Part shown: in pieces, positions 47,753-57,865 of the stretch
Layout: every line of letters starts with the position of its first letter
Position numbering within the stretch: position 1 is the stretch's first letter
NCBI GenBank assembly: GCA_964512635.1
Contig: CAZEJB010000014.1
Span: 15,704-79,703, forward strand
From: an uncultured Planctomycetales bacterium
GTDB taxonomy: Bacteria; 4484-113; JAFGCY01
Reading direction: 5' to 3'
Length of the DNA: 64,000 nt
The notes under the pieces: generated by a model
Seen by the model: the letters and a program-made list of their open reading frames with translations, nothing else
Databases searched by the model: none
Told to the model about the DNA's origin: nothing
Translations under genes and position numbers: made by a program

Positions 47753-49075
47753 GTGATCGCTTACCCCTCACCCCGTGCGGCAGCTTTCGGCCTTGGCCTG
47801 GTGCTGCTGGCGGTGCTGGGTTATCTGTGGCCGCAGGCCTTTATGCTGGCCCGGGCGGGGGCGGGTGTACTGGTCGTGGTCATGCTGCTCGACCTCTGGT
47901 TTTCAGCCCGTGCGCTCTATGGCAAGCTTAAGCTTGTCCGCGACTATCCGGTGAACACCACCGTAGCCCGCCCGCGCAAGGGCTGGCACCGCATAGAAAA
48001 CAGCTCGCGCATCCGCATCCGCGCGCGGGTCTATGAGGACTCGCTGCCCCTGATCGACAAAGATGTCGACCCGGCCTGGAAGTCCATCGGCCCGCGCTCG
48101 AGCCTGCGCCTGCCACTGAGCATCACCGTGCACAAACGCGGCGAGGTGCCGCTCGGCGGCGCATCCCTGCGCCTGCTGGCGGGTCTGGGTCTGTGGATAC
48201 TGCAGTACCGCTTCGAGCCCGGCAATGTTGCCCGGGTCTATCCGCTGATCGAGGAGCTGGTACGCGGCGACCTGTTCGCTCACCGCCGGCGGCTCTACGG
48301 CATCGGCCAGCATCAGAGCAAGAAGTTCGGCCGCGGCACGGAGTTCGACCAGCTGCGTGAGTACAGCCCCGACGACGAGTACCGCATGATCAACTGGAAG
48401 GCCACCGCCCGCGCCGGCAAGCCGGTGGTCAACCAGTACCAGGTTGAGCAGAGCCGCGACCTGATGCTGCTGGTGGACACCGGCCGGCTGATGCACACCG
48501 AGATCGCCGGGCGACCGCGCCTGGACCGCTATCTGGACGCCGCGGTGCATCTGGCCTATCTGGCCCTCAACCAGCGCGACAGGGTTGGGATGATCGTTTT
48601 CGACAACGAGGTGCGGCGTTATGTCGCCCCCGGCCACCGTCCGCGCCAGCTTGACGATCTGATTGAGGCGGTCTTTGACCTCGAGCCGCGCTTTGTGGAG
48701 AGCGACTACGGCCGCGCCGTGACCACCCTGAAGCACCGCCAGCCCAAGCGCGGCCTGGCCGTGCTGTTTACCGACCTTGTGGACTCGATTTCCAGCAAGG
48801 CCGCGGTGGCGCACCTCTCGCGCCTGGCGCGCACGCACCTGCCGGTGATCTGCATCCTCGACGACCCGCAGGTGCCGGCCATGGCGGCGGCCCCGGCGGA
48901 GAGCCTGGACGACGCCTACACCAAAGCAGCGGCGGAGAAGTTCATTTCCGAAAAGCGCCGCACCCTGCAGCAGCTGCGCACGCGCGGCTGCCTGATCGTG
49001 AATGTCGCCGCCGACCGCCTGAACGCCTCGCTGGTGAACCAGTACCTCGAGGTCAAAGCGCGGAACATGCTGTAG
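47753..49075 (+). CDS. DUF58 domain protein (MoxR-associated)
   Basis: GTEFDQLREY..DD..R.INWKATAR, LLVDTGR.M and DRVG. Confidence 0.9.
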   Translation: MIAYPSPRAAAFGLGLVLLAVLGYLWPQAFMLARAGAGVLVVVMLLDLWFSARALYGKLKLVRDYPVNTTVARPRKGWHRIENSSRIRIRARVYEDSLPLIDKDVDPAWKSIGPRSSLRLPLSITVHKRGEVPLGGASLRLLAGLGLWILQYRFEPGNVARVYPLIEELVRGDLFAHRRRLYGIGQHQSKKFGRGTEFDQLREYSPDDEYRMINWKATARAGKPVVNQYQVEQSRDLMLLVDTGRLMHTEIAGRPRLDRYLDAAVHLAYLALNQRDRVGMIVFDNEVRRYVAPGHRPRQLDDLIEAVFDLEPRFVESDYGRAVTTLKHRQPKRGLAVLFTDLVDSISSKAAVAHLSRLARTHLPVICILDDPQVPAMAAAPAESLDDAYTKAAAEKFISEKRRTLQQLRTRGCLIVNVAADRLNASLVNQYLEVKARNML

Positions 49076-49077
49076 AA

Positions 49078-49352
49078 GGGTCAAGTCGGAAGGCGAAAGG
49101 CGCAAGGTGAAAGGACCAAGACAGCAGAAGCTAAAAGGAAGAAAGATCGAGAGAAGGCAGAACAAGGAGTTAGGAACCAGGAACTTGAGAACAGGGATCT
49201 AACAAAGAGGTAGTGGTACGTGGAGCGCCTGCGCCAATCCCTGCATTCGGTTTGAGCCTGGAAGACGAGCGTGCCTATTGCCGCGCTGCTACTCTTCCCC
49301 TTCGACTTTCGACATTCGACTTCCGCCTTCCGCCTTGAGCCTTTCGCCTTCT
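49078..49352. repeat. Inverted pair of degenerate 7-bp arrays
   Basis: AAGGCGA-like purine-rich units at 49080-49200; TTCGACT/TCCGCCT units at about 49295-49352. Confidence 0.65.
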
Positions 49353-49353
49353 C

Positions 49354-49950
49354 CTATCCCAGTCCTTTCAGACTCAGGTACTCGAACACCTGCGCCCAGG
49401 CTTTGCCGCGGTGGCTGCGGGCGTTCTTCGCCTCGGGGTCCATCTCCGCGAAGGTCTGGCCCAGTTCGACATCCTCAAACACCGGGTCATAGCCGAAGCC
49501 GCTGCGGCCGCGGGGCTCCAGCGCAATGCGGCCGGGCGTCACCCCGCGCCAGGTGTGCAGCAGGTGGCCATTGATCGCCAGCGCGGTATAGGCAATGAAG
49601 TGCGCTGTGCGCAGCTGGCCCTCGCCAAGGCGTTCCAGCAGCAGCTCAATCCGCTCCGGATCGCTGGGCGCCACGCGCTTGCTGTCCACCCCCGGCCAGC
49701 CCAGCAGAGCCTCCACCTGCAGGCCGCTGTCTTCGGCTACCACTGGCGGCTCAATGCCATGCTCACGGCGCAGCCAGAGGCTGTACTTCACCGCCTTGAT
49801 GGCGGCGTTCTCTTCAAGGGTATCGCCGTCCTCAACAATGTCCGGTGCACCGGGCCAGTGGCTGATGGCCTGCAGCTCAAACTGCGCGGCAGCCGGCAGC
49901 GCGCGGATCTCGCGCAGCTTGTCGGAGCTCTGGGTGCCAAGGACAATCAT
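49354..49950 (-). CDS. rdgB: Non-canonical purine NTP pyrophosphatase (Ham1/RdgB)
   Basis: K.REI, E.G.T.EENA.IKA, AEDSGL.VEAL.G.PG, GFGYDPVF and KN..SHRG. Confidence 0.9.
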   Translation of the reverse strand: MIVLGTQSSDKLREIRALPAAAQFELQAISHWPGAPDIVEDGDTLEENAAIKAVKYSLWLRREHGIEPPVVAEDSGLQVEALLGWPGVDSKRVAPSDPERIELLLERLGEGQLRTAHFIAYTALAINGHLLHTWRGVTPGRIALEPRGRSGFGYDPVFEDVELGQTFAEMDPEAKNARSHRGKAWAQVFEYLSLKGLG

Positions 49951-50189
49951 TGGAGGCACATTGTAGCGGTGACTTGCTGTGATGAGTGCTTCGATCCTTG
50001 GACCTGTCTCGAGTCCTGAATTCAGAGTCCAGACTCGACTATGTTCTTCAGGCCCGATGAGCATGGACTTGCAACGCCACTTAGGTGAGATGCAGCAGCA
50101 AGTCGCTATTCAGGACACAGGACTCTGGACTCAGGACTCAGGACTCCTCACGGGACGCGCGGGCAGGGCCGCGCTGCTACAGCCCGAGG

Positions 50190-52151
50190 TTACTCCAGCC
50201 GGTACTCCCCATTGCCGATGCTCAGCACATCACCGGCAAAGACGGCCTGTGGGATGCCGGGCTGGACCGGATTGCCGTTCACGCGGGTACCGTTGGTCGA
50301 GCCCATGTCCAGCAGCGTCGCTCCGCCGGCCTCCAGCTTGATCACCGCGTGACGGCGGCTGACCTGTGAGTCGTTCAGCGGGATAGACCCCTCGCCGCGG
50401 CCGATGGAGTTGTCGCCGCTGTGCAGCTCAAAACGCTGGGTCGCGTGCGGACCGCTCATGGACACAATCGACTTGGGTGCGACCTTCATCACCCCGCCGG
50501 CGGCAGCCACAGCGCCGGCTATTGCCGCAGCGCCGGCGCTGCCCGGGGCGGCCGCGGCTCCTCCGGCCAGCTGCGCCGCTTCGCTCAGCTCCGCCGCATC
50601 GATCCTGTTGAAGACTTCGCTGTCGACCTCCACTTCAAGCCCGGCGCCCGGTCGGCTGACCCGCTCGTGGAAGACGAACTGCGTCATGCCAAGTATGAAG
50701 CGGTCGCCATCCCGCAGCAGGCGGCGGGAGAGCATCCTTGGCCCCATCAGGATCGGCGAGGCCGGGTCCACTGCTTCCAGCAGGAAGCCCTCATGCGTTT
50801 CCTTGAAGGCAGCATGCAGCGGCAGGATCGTCGGGTCGCGGGCGACGCGCACTTCGCAGCCCTCAAGGCTGCCGATGTCGCCGCCCAGCGCGCCCAGGGC
50901 ATAGTCGCGACCCTCCAGAGGCGTGATCATCACCGTCACCCAGGCCTTGCGCGCCAGCTTGAAGATCGTCGCCAGGATCAGCACCAGCATCATCAGGGCG
51001 ATGGCGATCAGGCCGGGGATCAGGCTTCGGGCCAGCAGCTTGGCCAGGCCCGGGCTGCGATAGCTATACTGCCCGGGGTCGAAGCCCTGCACAGTCTTCA
51101 GCCCGACTTCGAGGTCAATAATCGTTCCCGCCTCGCTTTCCAGCGGGCTGGTGTACTCCAGCAGGTACTCGTTTTGAATCTGATGCAGGATCTGCTCATA
51201 GACGTTGGCCAGGTCCTGCTGGCTGGGTGAATCGAGGTAAACACCGCCGGTGCGGGTGGCGATGTTGCCCAGAGCGGCGCGGTCAATCTGCGCACCCAGC
51301 CCGAGGCAGTAGATCGAAAAGCCCTTGTTCTGCTGCTGGGCATTCTCGTCATAGAACTTCAGCACGGTCGCCGGGGACTCCAGACTCTTGTTGTCCAGGC
51401 CGTCCGACAGCACGATCAGCGCTTTGCGGGCCGGATCGGTGTCCGCCAGCAGTTCTTCCACGCCAAGCTGAATGCCGTCCCACAGCGCCGTCTGTCCATA
51501 GGGCGACAGCACGTCGGAACGGCGCAGCAAGGCCTCGTGATCATCCGTCAGCGGGACCTCACGAATCGCGGCGTCGCTGAAGGTGATCAGGCCGACGCGG
51601 TCCCGGGGCTGCAGCTGCTTGACGAAAGCCTGCAGCGCCTCGATCTCGGCCGACATGGCCGGTTCCATCGAACCCGAAATGTCCACCACGAAGATGAGGG
51701 CCAGCGGCAGTTCCAGCTCGTCGCGGTTGGCGAAGTGCACATCCGCCGCCCCGGTGCCGCCCTCGGTGACGACGAAATCGCCTTCGTTCAGCGTCCGGAT
51801 TGGTATGCCGAGGCTGTCGGTGACCGAGACAAAGGCGCGCATCGTGGGGAACTTGCTGACGTCCACCTGGCTGACGCGCACCTTGACGCCCTTGGCATAC
51901 TTCAGGAAGGGGTCGTCGTGCTCGCTGTGCTCCTCGCCTTTCTGGGTCGGGGATTGCTTGCTCTGGTTGCAGGGGTTGCCCGTCACCTGCCCGCGGTTGG
52001 AGCCGGACTGGCTGCCATTTCCAGGGGCGCTGGGATTACTCTGTGCCAGAACGGGGGTGACAGCGGCCAGGATCAGGAAGCAGGACAGGGATGCCAGCCT
52101 CAGCAGCCCGCGGCCCGGTCGATTCACTCTGGGGCCGGCAGACGGGCTCAT
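50190..52151 (-). CDS. Exported VWA-domain protein with a TM segment and cytoplasmic FHA domain(s)
   Basis: VVDISGSM (MIDAS), TALWD, LSDG, IGR..G and VSRRHA..D.GSTNGT.VNG. Confidence 0.85.
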   Translation of the reverse strand: MSPSAGPRVNRPGRGLLRLASLSCFLILAAVTPVLAQSNPSAPGNGSQSGSNRGQVTGNPCNQSKQSPTQKGEEHSEHDDPFLKYAKGVKVRVSQVDVSKFPTMRAFVSVTDSLGIPIRTLNEGDFVVTEGGTGAADVHFANRDELELPLALIFVVDISGSMEPAMSAEIEALQAFVKQLQPRDRVGLITFSDAAIREVPLTDDHEALLRRSDVLSPYGQTALWDGIQLGVEELLADTDPARKALIVLSDGLDNKSLESPATVLKFYDENAQQQNKGFSIYCLGLGAQIDRAALGNIATRTGGVYLDSPSQQDLANVYEQILHQIQNEYLLEYTSPLESEAGTIIDLEVGLKTVQGFDPGQYSYRSPGLAKLLARSLIPGLIAIALMMLVLILATIFKLARKAWVTVMITPLEGRDYALGALGGDIGSLEGCEVRVARDPTILPLHAAFKETHEGFLLEAVDPASPILMGPRMLSRRLLRDGDRFILGMTQFVFHERVSRPGAGLEVEVDSEVFNRIDAAELSEAAQLAGGAAAAPGSAGAAAIAGAVAAAGGVMKVAPKSIVSMSGPHATQRFELHSGDNSIGRGEGSIPLNDSQVSRRHAVIKLEAGGATLLDMGSTNGTRVNGNPVQPGIPQAVFAGDVLSIGNGEYRLE

Positions 52152-53131
52152 GCTTCCACCTTAAACAGGCTGGTTCCAAAACGCAGCGTATCCCCGGGCG
52201 CCAGCTCCATCATGGTCACCCGCTGCTCATTGACAAACGAACCGTTCGTCGAGCCATGATCGGTCAGCGTGGCAATGCCGTCCGGCGCCACACTGATCAT
52301 GGCGTGCCGGCGGGAAACCTGGCTGTCGTCAGCCAGCAGGATCTCGGCGTCCTGTCGGCCGACCGTGTGCTCGCCGGGGCTGAGGGCAAAGCTCTGGCCC
52401 ACATACAGCCCGCCGATGCCCTGCAGGCGGCTGACCGGAGCAGTGCTGCGCTGAACAGCGGCTGCGCTCGCCGAGCCAAAGCCCGCGGCGGCTGCATCCG
52501 CTCCGACGGCCGTGGCCATGCTTACGTTCAAAGGAGAAAGATCGACAGGGATCGGGGGCAGCTCCGGCTGGGCGCTGCTGCTGGCAGGGACGCCGTGGCC
52601 GAGGTCTGCGCCGTTGACTGAGGGTGCCCCGGCCGTGCTGGCCGCCGCAGCAGCGGGCGCGCCGGGCAAGGGCCGGTCATAGCGCGAAGCGGAAATGGTG
52701 CCGGGCAGGCGACCCGCATTGACCTTGTCCAGGATCAGGCGCGTGACCAGCAGCGCCAGCATCAGGCCGGCGATGCCCATCGCGGCCCAGAAGGCCAGGT
52801 TCAGTTGCTGCATCGCTGCAGGGCCGCCGGGCAAGGTCACCAGTGTCGGCCCGTCTTTCTGGAACAGCCAGGGGAAGGATACCCAGCCGCCAAGGGCGAC
52901 ACACAGGCATCCCAGCACGCGGACGTAGTGGTTGTCGACCACCTCTGCCACCACCATCGCCAGCCAGCCGGCAACGAGGAAGGAGACAATCGCCAGCGCA
53001 TCCCGCGCGCCGCCGTCGGGCAGCTTGGCGCTGAGCAGGCTGACATAGCGATGGGCTACCAGCGCGACCGATCCGCCGCAGAGCAGCACCAGCAGGCGCA
53101 GCAGCCACTTGTTGTAAAAGAGGAAAACCAT
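52148..53131 (-). CDS. Membrane protein with a C-terminal FHA domain
   Basis: Four TM segments; VGR, VSRRHA and DHGSTNGSFVN. Confidence 0.85.
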   Translation of the reverse strand: MVFLFYNKWLLRLLVLLCGGSVALVAHRYVSLLSAKLPDGGARDALAIVSFLVAGWLAMVVAEVVDNHYVRVLGCLCVALGGWVSFPWLFQKDGPTLVTLPGGPAAMQQLNLAFWAAMGIAGLMLALLVTRLILDKVNAGRLPGTISASRYDRPLPGAPAAAAASTAGAPSVNGADLGHGVPASSSAQPELPPIPVDLSPLNVSMATAVGADAAAAGFGSASAAAVQRSTAPVSRLQGIGGLYVGQSFALSPGEHTVGRQDAEILLADDSQVSRRHAMISVAPDGIATLTDHGSTNGSFVNEQRVTMMELAPGDTLRFGTSLFKVEA

Positions 53132-53258
53132 CCCGGCAATCTTAGGCTATGCCACAGGCGCGGCGTCGCCACACTTTGGACTGCCTTTGTGCTCCGATTG
53201 TTGCAAAACGACTCAAGGCCAGCCCGCGGCCCAGCCCGGTCTGGTTTATGATCTTGCC

Positions 53259-53711
53259 GTGGAAACTCCTGATTCAACCCTGCGCGACATCACCGCTCTG
53301 GTGGACAACAGCATGGCTCACGCCACTGAGTGCCTGAAGAAACATGCGGCCTTTGTCCCCTTCAGCGTGGTCATCATGCTGGATGACACCTACCGCGTCT
53401 ACTCCAGCAGCCGTGACCAGACTGCCGGGGACTATCAGGAACTGCTGGGGCAGATGGCCGGCCTGTTAGGCGCCGCCTACGAGAATGGCCAGATCCGGGC
53501 CAGCGCCCTGGGTGTCCGGGTAGCAGCGCAGATGACACCGGGAGAGCTGCACCAGGACACTCTGCTGCTTGAGCTTGAGCATCTGGACGGCTCGGCGATG
53601 AAGTACTTCATCCCGATCGAAAAGCCGGTCTTCGGCGCGCCGCGCCTCGGCAAGGCTGTGGCTGCCCCGCATAAGCGCCGCTTCGTGCCCGACCCGGGCC
53701 AGGATGGATAG
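53259..53711 (+). CDS. Hypothetical protein
   Basis: Host-like codon usage; TATGAT-N6-GTG start. Confidence 0.6.
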   Translation: METPDSTLRDITALVDNSMAHATECLKKHAAFVPFSVVIMLDDTYRVYSSSRDQTAGDYQELLGQMAGLLGAAYENGQIRASALGVRVAAQMTPGELHQDTLLLELEHLDGSAMKYFIPIEKPVFGAPRLGKAVAAPHKRRFVPDPGQDG

Positions 53712-53717
53712 AGGCAT

Positions 53718-53910
53718 GTAGTGGCCCACTGCGTGCGCCTTGGAGCCTGATCCGTGTAGAGGCGCACTGCGTGCGCCTTTCCTAAATCCTCAGAAGGCGC
53801 ACGCGGTACGCCACTACAAAGACCACGGACACGCCGGTCATTGCGGCAGGAAAAGGGCCGCATTTCTGCGGCCCTTGTATCAATATTCTCCATCTGCCAT
53901 CTGCCATCAG
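53718..53910. repeat. GTAG-REP cluster, terminator hairpin and 7-bp array
   Basis: REPs at 53718, about 53756 and 53795-53817; AAGGGCCGCA..TGCGGCCCTT at about 53853; CCATCTG units at about 53890. Confidence 0.7.
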
Positions 53911-53921
53911 GCGTCTGGCGT

Positions 53922-56003
53922 CTACTCGTCGTCGTCCTTCTTGGCCGTGGCCTGGTGGTGCTTGACGATCTCGGCCTGGACATTGCTCGGCACCTGCTCG
54001 TAGTGGCTGAAGGCCATTTCGTAGTAGCCCTGGCCCTGGGTCATCGAACGCAGGCTGTTGATGTACTGGTACAGCTCGGCCAGCGGCACCTGAGCCACCA
54101 GCACGCGCATGTCACCGCTCTGCTCCATGCCGCTGACACGGCCGCGGCGGGTGTTGAGGTCGCCCATGATGTCGCCCATATAGTGCTCAGGCGTATATAT
54201 GGTGACATTGTATACAGGCTCCAGAAGGATCGGCCCGGCCTTCTCGAAGGCCAGCTTGAAGCCCATGCGGCCGGCCATCTTGAAGGACAGTTCGTCGGAG
54301 TCGACGCTGTGGGCGCTGCCGAAGAAGACTGTCGCCCGCAGGTCGATTACCCGGCTGCCGGACAGCGGACCGTGCTCCATCGTCTCGATGATGCCCTTTT
54401 CCACGGCGGGGATGAAGCGGTTGGGAATCACGCCGCCGACCACGGCATCAACAAACTCAAACCCCGTGCCGCGCTCCAGAGCTTCAAGCCGGATATGCGC
54501 GTCGCCAAACTTGCCGCGGCCGCCGGTCTGCTTCTTAAACTTGCCCTGGGCCTCGGCCTTGCTGGTGATCGTCTCGCGGTAGGCGATCCGCGGCTTCTTC
54601 CACTGCACCTGAACGTGGTTCTTGTTCTTGACATAGTTGGCGGCTACATCAATATGCAGCGGCCCCATGCCATAGACCAGCATTTCCTTGGTCTCTTCTT
54701 CCTGATGCAGCTTGAAGGTCGGGTCCATGTGGCTGTAGACATGCAGCGCCGAGATGACCTTCTCAAGGTCGTTCTTGTCCTCGACGTTAACCGCCTCATA
54801 GGAGACCGCGCTGGGGTAGTGGATCTCAGGGTAGATGATCGCTGACTCTTTCAGGCACAGCGTATCGCCAAGGCGCGTGCCCTTCAGCTTCACCGTTGCC
54901 ACCAGATCGCCGGCACTGGCGTTGGGCACATCCTCACGCGTCTTGCCGCGCATGACAAGCAGGGTAGAGATCTTCTCCTGCTCACCCGTGCGCGGGTTGT
55001 AAACCGTATCGCCGGGCTTGATGCTGCCGCTCAGGACGCGCATCCACAGCACTTCACCAAGCTGGCCCTCCAGGGTCAGCTTGAAGATCTGAGCGCTGAA
55101 GGGAGCGGCATCACTAAGCGGGCGCGTGTCTTCGCCGCCGTTGGGCTTCTGGCCGGTCATGCTGCCGTGGAAGCTGGGGTCGGGCAGACTGTGGTGGATC
55201 AGCTCCAGCAGACGGCCCATGCCGATGTTCTGCTTGGCGCTGCCGCCGACCACCGGGCAGATCGCGCCCTTCTTCACGCCTTCCAGCAGGGTGTGCAGCA
55301 GCTCTTCCTCACCGATGGCCTCGTCAAGCATGTAGCGCTCCATCAGCGCGTCATCCAGCTCAACGATTGACTCAATCAGCGAGGTACGGGCAGCTTCAAT
55401 TGCCTCCGACATCTCTGCCGGCGGATCGCTTTCCACAACCTGGCTGCCCTGGCGGCTGTAGACCTTGCGGTTCAGCACGTTGACCACGGACTTCAGGTTG
55501 GACTGCTCGCCGACCGGGATAACAAAAGGCACAACGCTCTTGCCGAAGGCCGCTCGCAGCTGCTCCAGCACGCGGCTGTAGCTGCTGTTTTCCTTGTCGA
55601 GCTGGCTGATGAAGAAGGCGCGGGCCACGTTCATCTGCTCGGCATAGCGCCAGGCCTGGCGGGTCTGCGGTTCGATGCCAGCCACGCCGTTAACCAGGAT
55701 CACCGCACCCTCAACCACCGACAGGGCGCTGATCGCCTCGCCGATGAAGTCGAGATATCCCGGGCAGTCCACGACGTTGTAATGCAGGCCGTTGTAGTTG
55801 AAAGGGAGTACTGTGCTGTAGATCGAGTAGCGCCGCTTGAGTTCTTCGGGGTGATAGTCGGAAACAGTGTTGCCCTCTTCGATGGTGCCCATACGCGTGG
55901 TCACACCCGCGTAATTGAGCAGCGCCTCGGCGAGGGTTGTCTTGCCGGAGCCACCATGGCCCAGCAGAGCGACATTGCGCTTGTTTGCGACCGGTACCGC
56001 CAT
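53922..56003 (-). CDS. fusA: Elongation factor G-like paralog (EF-G2 type)
   Basis: GHGGSGKTTL, DCPG, and EF-G domains III-V (IAYRETI, KKQTGG.G.FG, P.LLEP). Confidence 0.85.
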   Translation of the reverse strand: MAVPVANKRNVALLGHGGSGKTTLAEALLNYAGVTTRMGTIEEGNTVSDYHPEELKRRYSIYSTVLPFNYNGLHYNVVDCPGYLDFIGEAISALSVVEGAVILVNGVAGIEPQTRQAWRYAEQMNVARAFFISQLDKENSSYSRVLEQLRAAFGKSVVPFVIPVGEQSNLKSVVNVLNRKVYSRQGSQVVESDPPAEMSEAIEAARTSLIESIVELDDALMERYMLDEAIGEEELLHTLLEGVKKGAICPVVGGSAKQNIGMGRLLELIHHSLPDPSFHGSMTGQKPNGGEDTRPLSDAAPFSAQIFKLTLEGQLGEVLWMRVLSGSIKPGDTVYNPRTGEQEKISTLLVMRGKTREDVPNASAGDLVATVKLKGTRLGDTLCLKESAIIYPEIHYPSAVSYEAVNVEDKNDLEKVISALHVYSHMDPTFKLHQEEETKEMLVYGMGPLHIDVAANYVKNKNHVQVQWKKPRIAYRETITSKAEAQGKFKKQTGGRGKFGDAHIRLEALERGTGFEFVDAVVGGVIPNRFIPAVEKGIIETMEHGPLSGSRVIDLRATVFFGSAHSVDSDELSFKMAGRMGFKLAFEKAGPILLEPVYNVTIYTPEHYMGDIMGDLNTRRGRVSGMEQSGDMRVLVAQVPLAELYQYINSLRSMTQGQGYYEMAFSHYEQVPSNVQAEIVKHHQATAKKDDDE

Positions 56004-56336
56004 TCGCCTTCCCCTGAGGAAAAAGATGCCCCGCCGCCGGATGAGGACGGGATAAAGAATTATAGAGGACAGACAGCCCCCGGCAAGCCTGTGGGAGAGG
56101 TTGAGCGCTTTGCCCAGATTGCGTGAGGCTTCAGCCTTGTCGAGGATCAGCCAGCGGAGTTTGAGACAAGGGCAGGGAGAGACGGTTGCCGGGAGTTGTT
56201 ACCACCCGAAGGTCCGCTAAAGCAGACCCGCACGTTGCCTGTCACCGAGAGGTCCCGCTCTTGACTGCAAGGCCAATTCAGACAAATTCAGTATCACTCA
56301 AAATAATTCCGTGATTGCCGATAAGAAATTACCTAT

Positions 56337-57689
56337 ATGGATTACAATACGCGCCCGATGTCAGACGTGATGGCCACCTTCAACGACCGCAAGCGCAGCA
56401 TCCCCGAGCTCGCGCGCATGATCCAGCCGGGGATGCACGCCTATATCCACAGCAACGCCGGTATTCCGATCGAGCTGCTGACCGCGTTCACCGAGTACGC
56501 GCTGCACGAAGATGGCGCGCATCTCAAGGACCTCACCTTTACGCATCTGCTTACGCTCGGTGAGCTGCCTTACCTTTGCAGCGAACTGAAGCATCGTGTG
56601 CGCCACAACTCGCTGTTTGCGGCGGCGAACTGCCGCAATGCGATCAACAAGGGCGCGGCCGACTGGAACCCGATCCACCTTAGTGACGTTCACCGGCTGA
56701 TCGACGACAGCGGATCCAGACGCGATCCCAGAATGCATATTGACGTGGCCCTGATCCAGGTCAGCCCGCCGGATGAGCATGGCTTCTGCAGCCTTGGCGT
56801 TGCCACGGAGATCCTGCCGACTGTGCTGCGCAAGGCCGAACTGGTCCTGGCCGAGGTTAACCCGCGCATGCCGCGTGCGCTCGGCGAGTGCTTCGTGCAT
56901 ATCTCGCGCATTGACGCTCTGGCCGAGGTTGACCACGAACTGCCCGAACTGCCGCGGGCCGAGATAACAGAGCAGCACATGGCCTGCGGCGCGCATGTCG
57001 CCGGCCTGATCGAAGACGGCGACTGCCTGCAGACCGGTATCGGCGGTTTGCCTGATGCCGTCCTGGGTTTGGTCAAGGATCGCCGCGGCCTCGGGATGCA
57101 CAGCGAGCTCTTCAGCGACGGCGTGGTCGAACTGGTTGAAGCCGGTGTCATTACCGGCGAGCGCAAGAACCTGCATCCCGGCAAAGTGGTGGCCGGCTTC
57201 GTCATCGGCAGCCAGCGGGTTTACGAGTTCATCCATGACAATCCGCTAATCGAGATGCAGCCGCAGAACTACGTCAACGACCCCTTCGTGATCGCCCAGA
57301 ACGACAACATGGTGGCGATCAACAGCGCGCTGCAGATCGACCTGACCGGCCAGGTAGTGGCCGACAGCATGGGGCCGCAGATCGTCTCCGGCTTCGGCGG
57401 CCAGGTCGACTTCATGCGCGGCGCGGCGCGGGCCAAGCGCGGCCGGCCGGTGATCGCAATGCCGGCGACGGCCAAGGGCGGGACGCTTAGCCGCATTGTG
57501 GCCCAGCATCCCCAGGGCTACGCGGTCACGACCAGCCGCGCGGACGTGCGCTGGGTGGCCACCGAGCACGGCATCGTCAACCTCTTCGGCCTGAACATCC
57601 GCCAGCGCGCCAAGGCGCTGATCGAGCTGGCCGAGCCGCAGTTCCGCGAAGGCCTGCAGGAAGAGGCGATCAAGCTCGGGCTGCTGTAG
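56337..57689 (+). CDS. Acetyl-CoA hydrolase / 4-hydroxybutyrate CoA-transferase family
   Basis: VSPPDEHGFCSLG, EVNPRMP, LQTGIG..P, HSE, SG.GGQVDF.RGA and VATEHG. Confidence 0.92.
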   Translation: MDYNTRPMSDVMATFNDRKRSIPELARMIQPGMHAYIHSNAGIPIELLTAFTEYALHEDGAHLKDLTFTHLLTLGELPYLCSELKHRVRHNSLFAAANCRNAINKGAADWNPIHLSDVHRLIDDSGSRRDPRMHIDVALIQVSPPDEHGFCSLGVATEILPTVLRKAELVLAEVNPRMPRALGECFVHISRIDALAEVDHELPELPRAEITEQHMACGAHVAGLIEDGDCLQTGIGGLPDAVLGLVKDRRGLGMHSELFSDGVVELVEAGVITGERKNLHPGKVVAGFVIGSQRVYEFIHDNPLIEMQPQNYVNDPFVIAQNDNMVAINSALQIDLTGQVVADSMGPQIVSGFGGQVDFMRGAARAKRGRPVIAMPATAKGGTLSRIVAQHPQGYAVTTSRADVRWVATEHGIVNLFGLNIRQRAKALIELAEPQFREGLQEEAIKLGLL

Positions 57690-57710
57690 GGGCCGAGCAT
57701 GCTCGGCCCG

Positions 57711-57760
57711 GGAGCGCGGGACTCGCCCGTATCTTGATGGAGCGCGCGACTCGCCCGTTA
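57711..57760. repeat. Two tandem GGAG-type REPs
   Basis: GGAGCGCGGGACTCGCCCGTAT and GGAGCGCGCGACTCGCCCGTTA. Confidence 0.7.
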
Positions 57761-57865
57761 CTCGCCGTCATCCTTTCCAGGCTCATCAAGCAAGAGAGCG
57801 AACGCCAGTCACCGCATCACGTCTGACTGCTTGGACGTTGCAGAACCTCTGGCCATTCCCTGAGA

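Noticed and set aside
56100-56270. SAM-I, glycine or T-box riboswitch
   Set aside because: Only isolated sub-motifs are present (CCCGGCAACC, GGAGAG/CCGAAGG, GGGTGGTAAC); the required partners (GGTGC.AA.TCC, CTCAGG, stem I) are absent.
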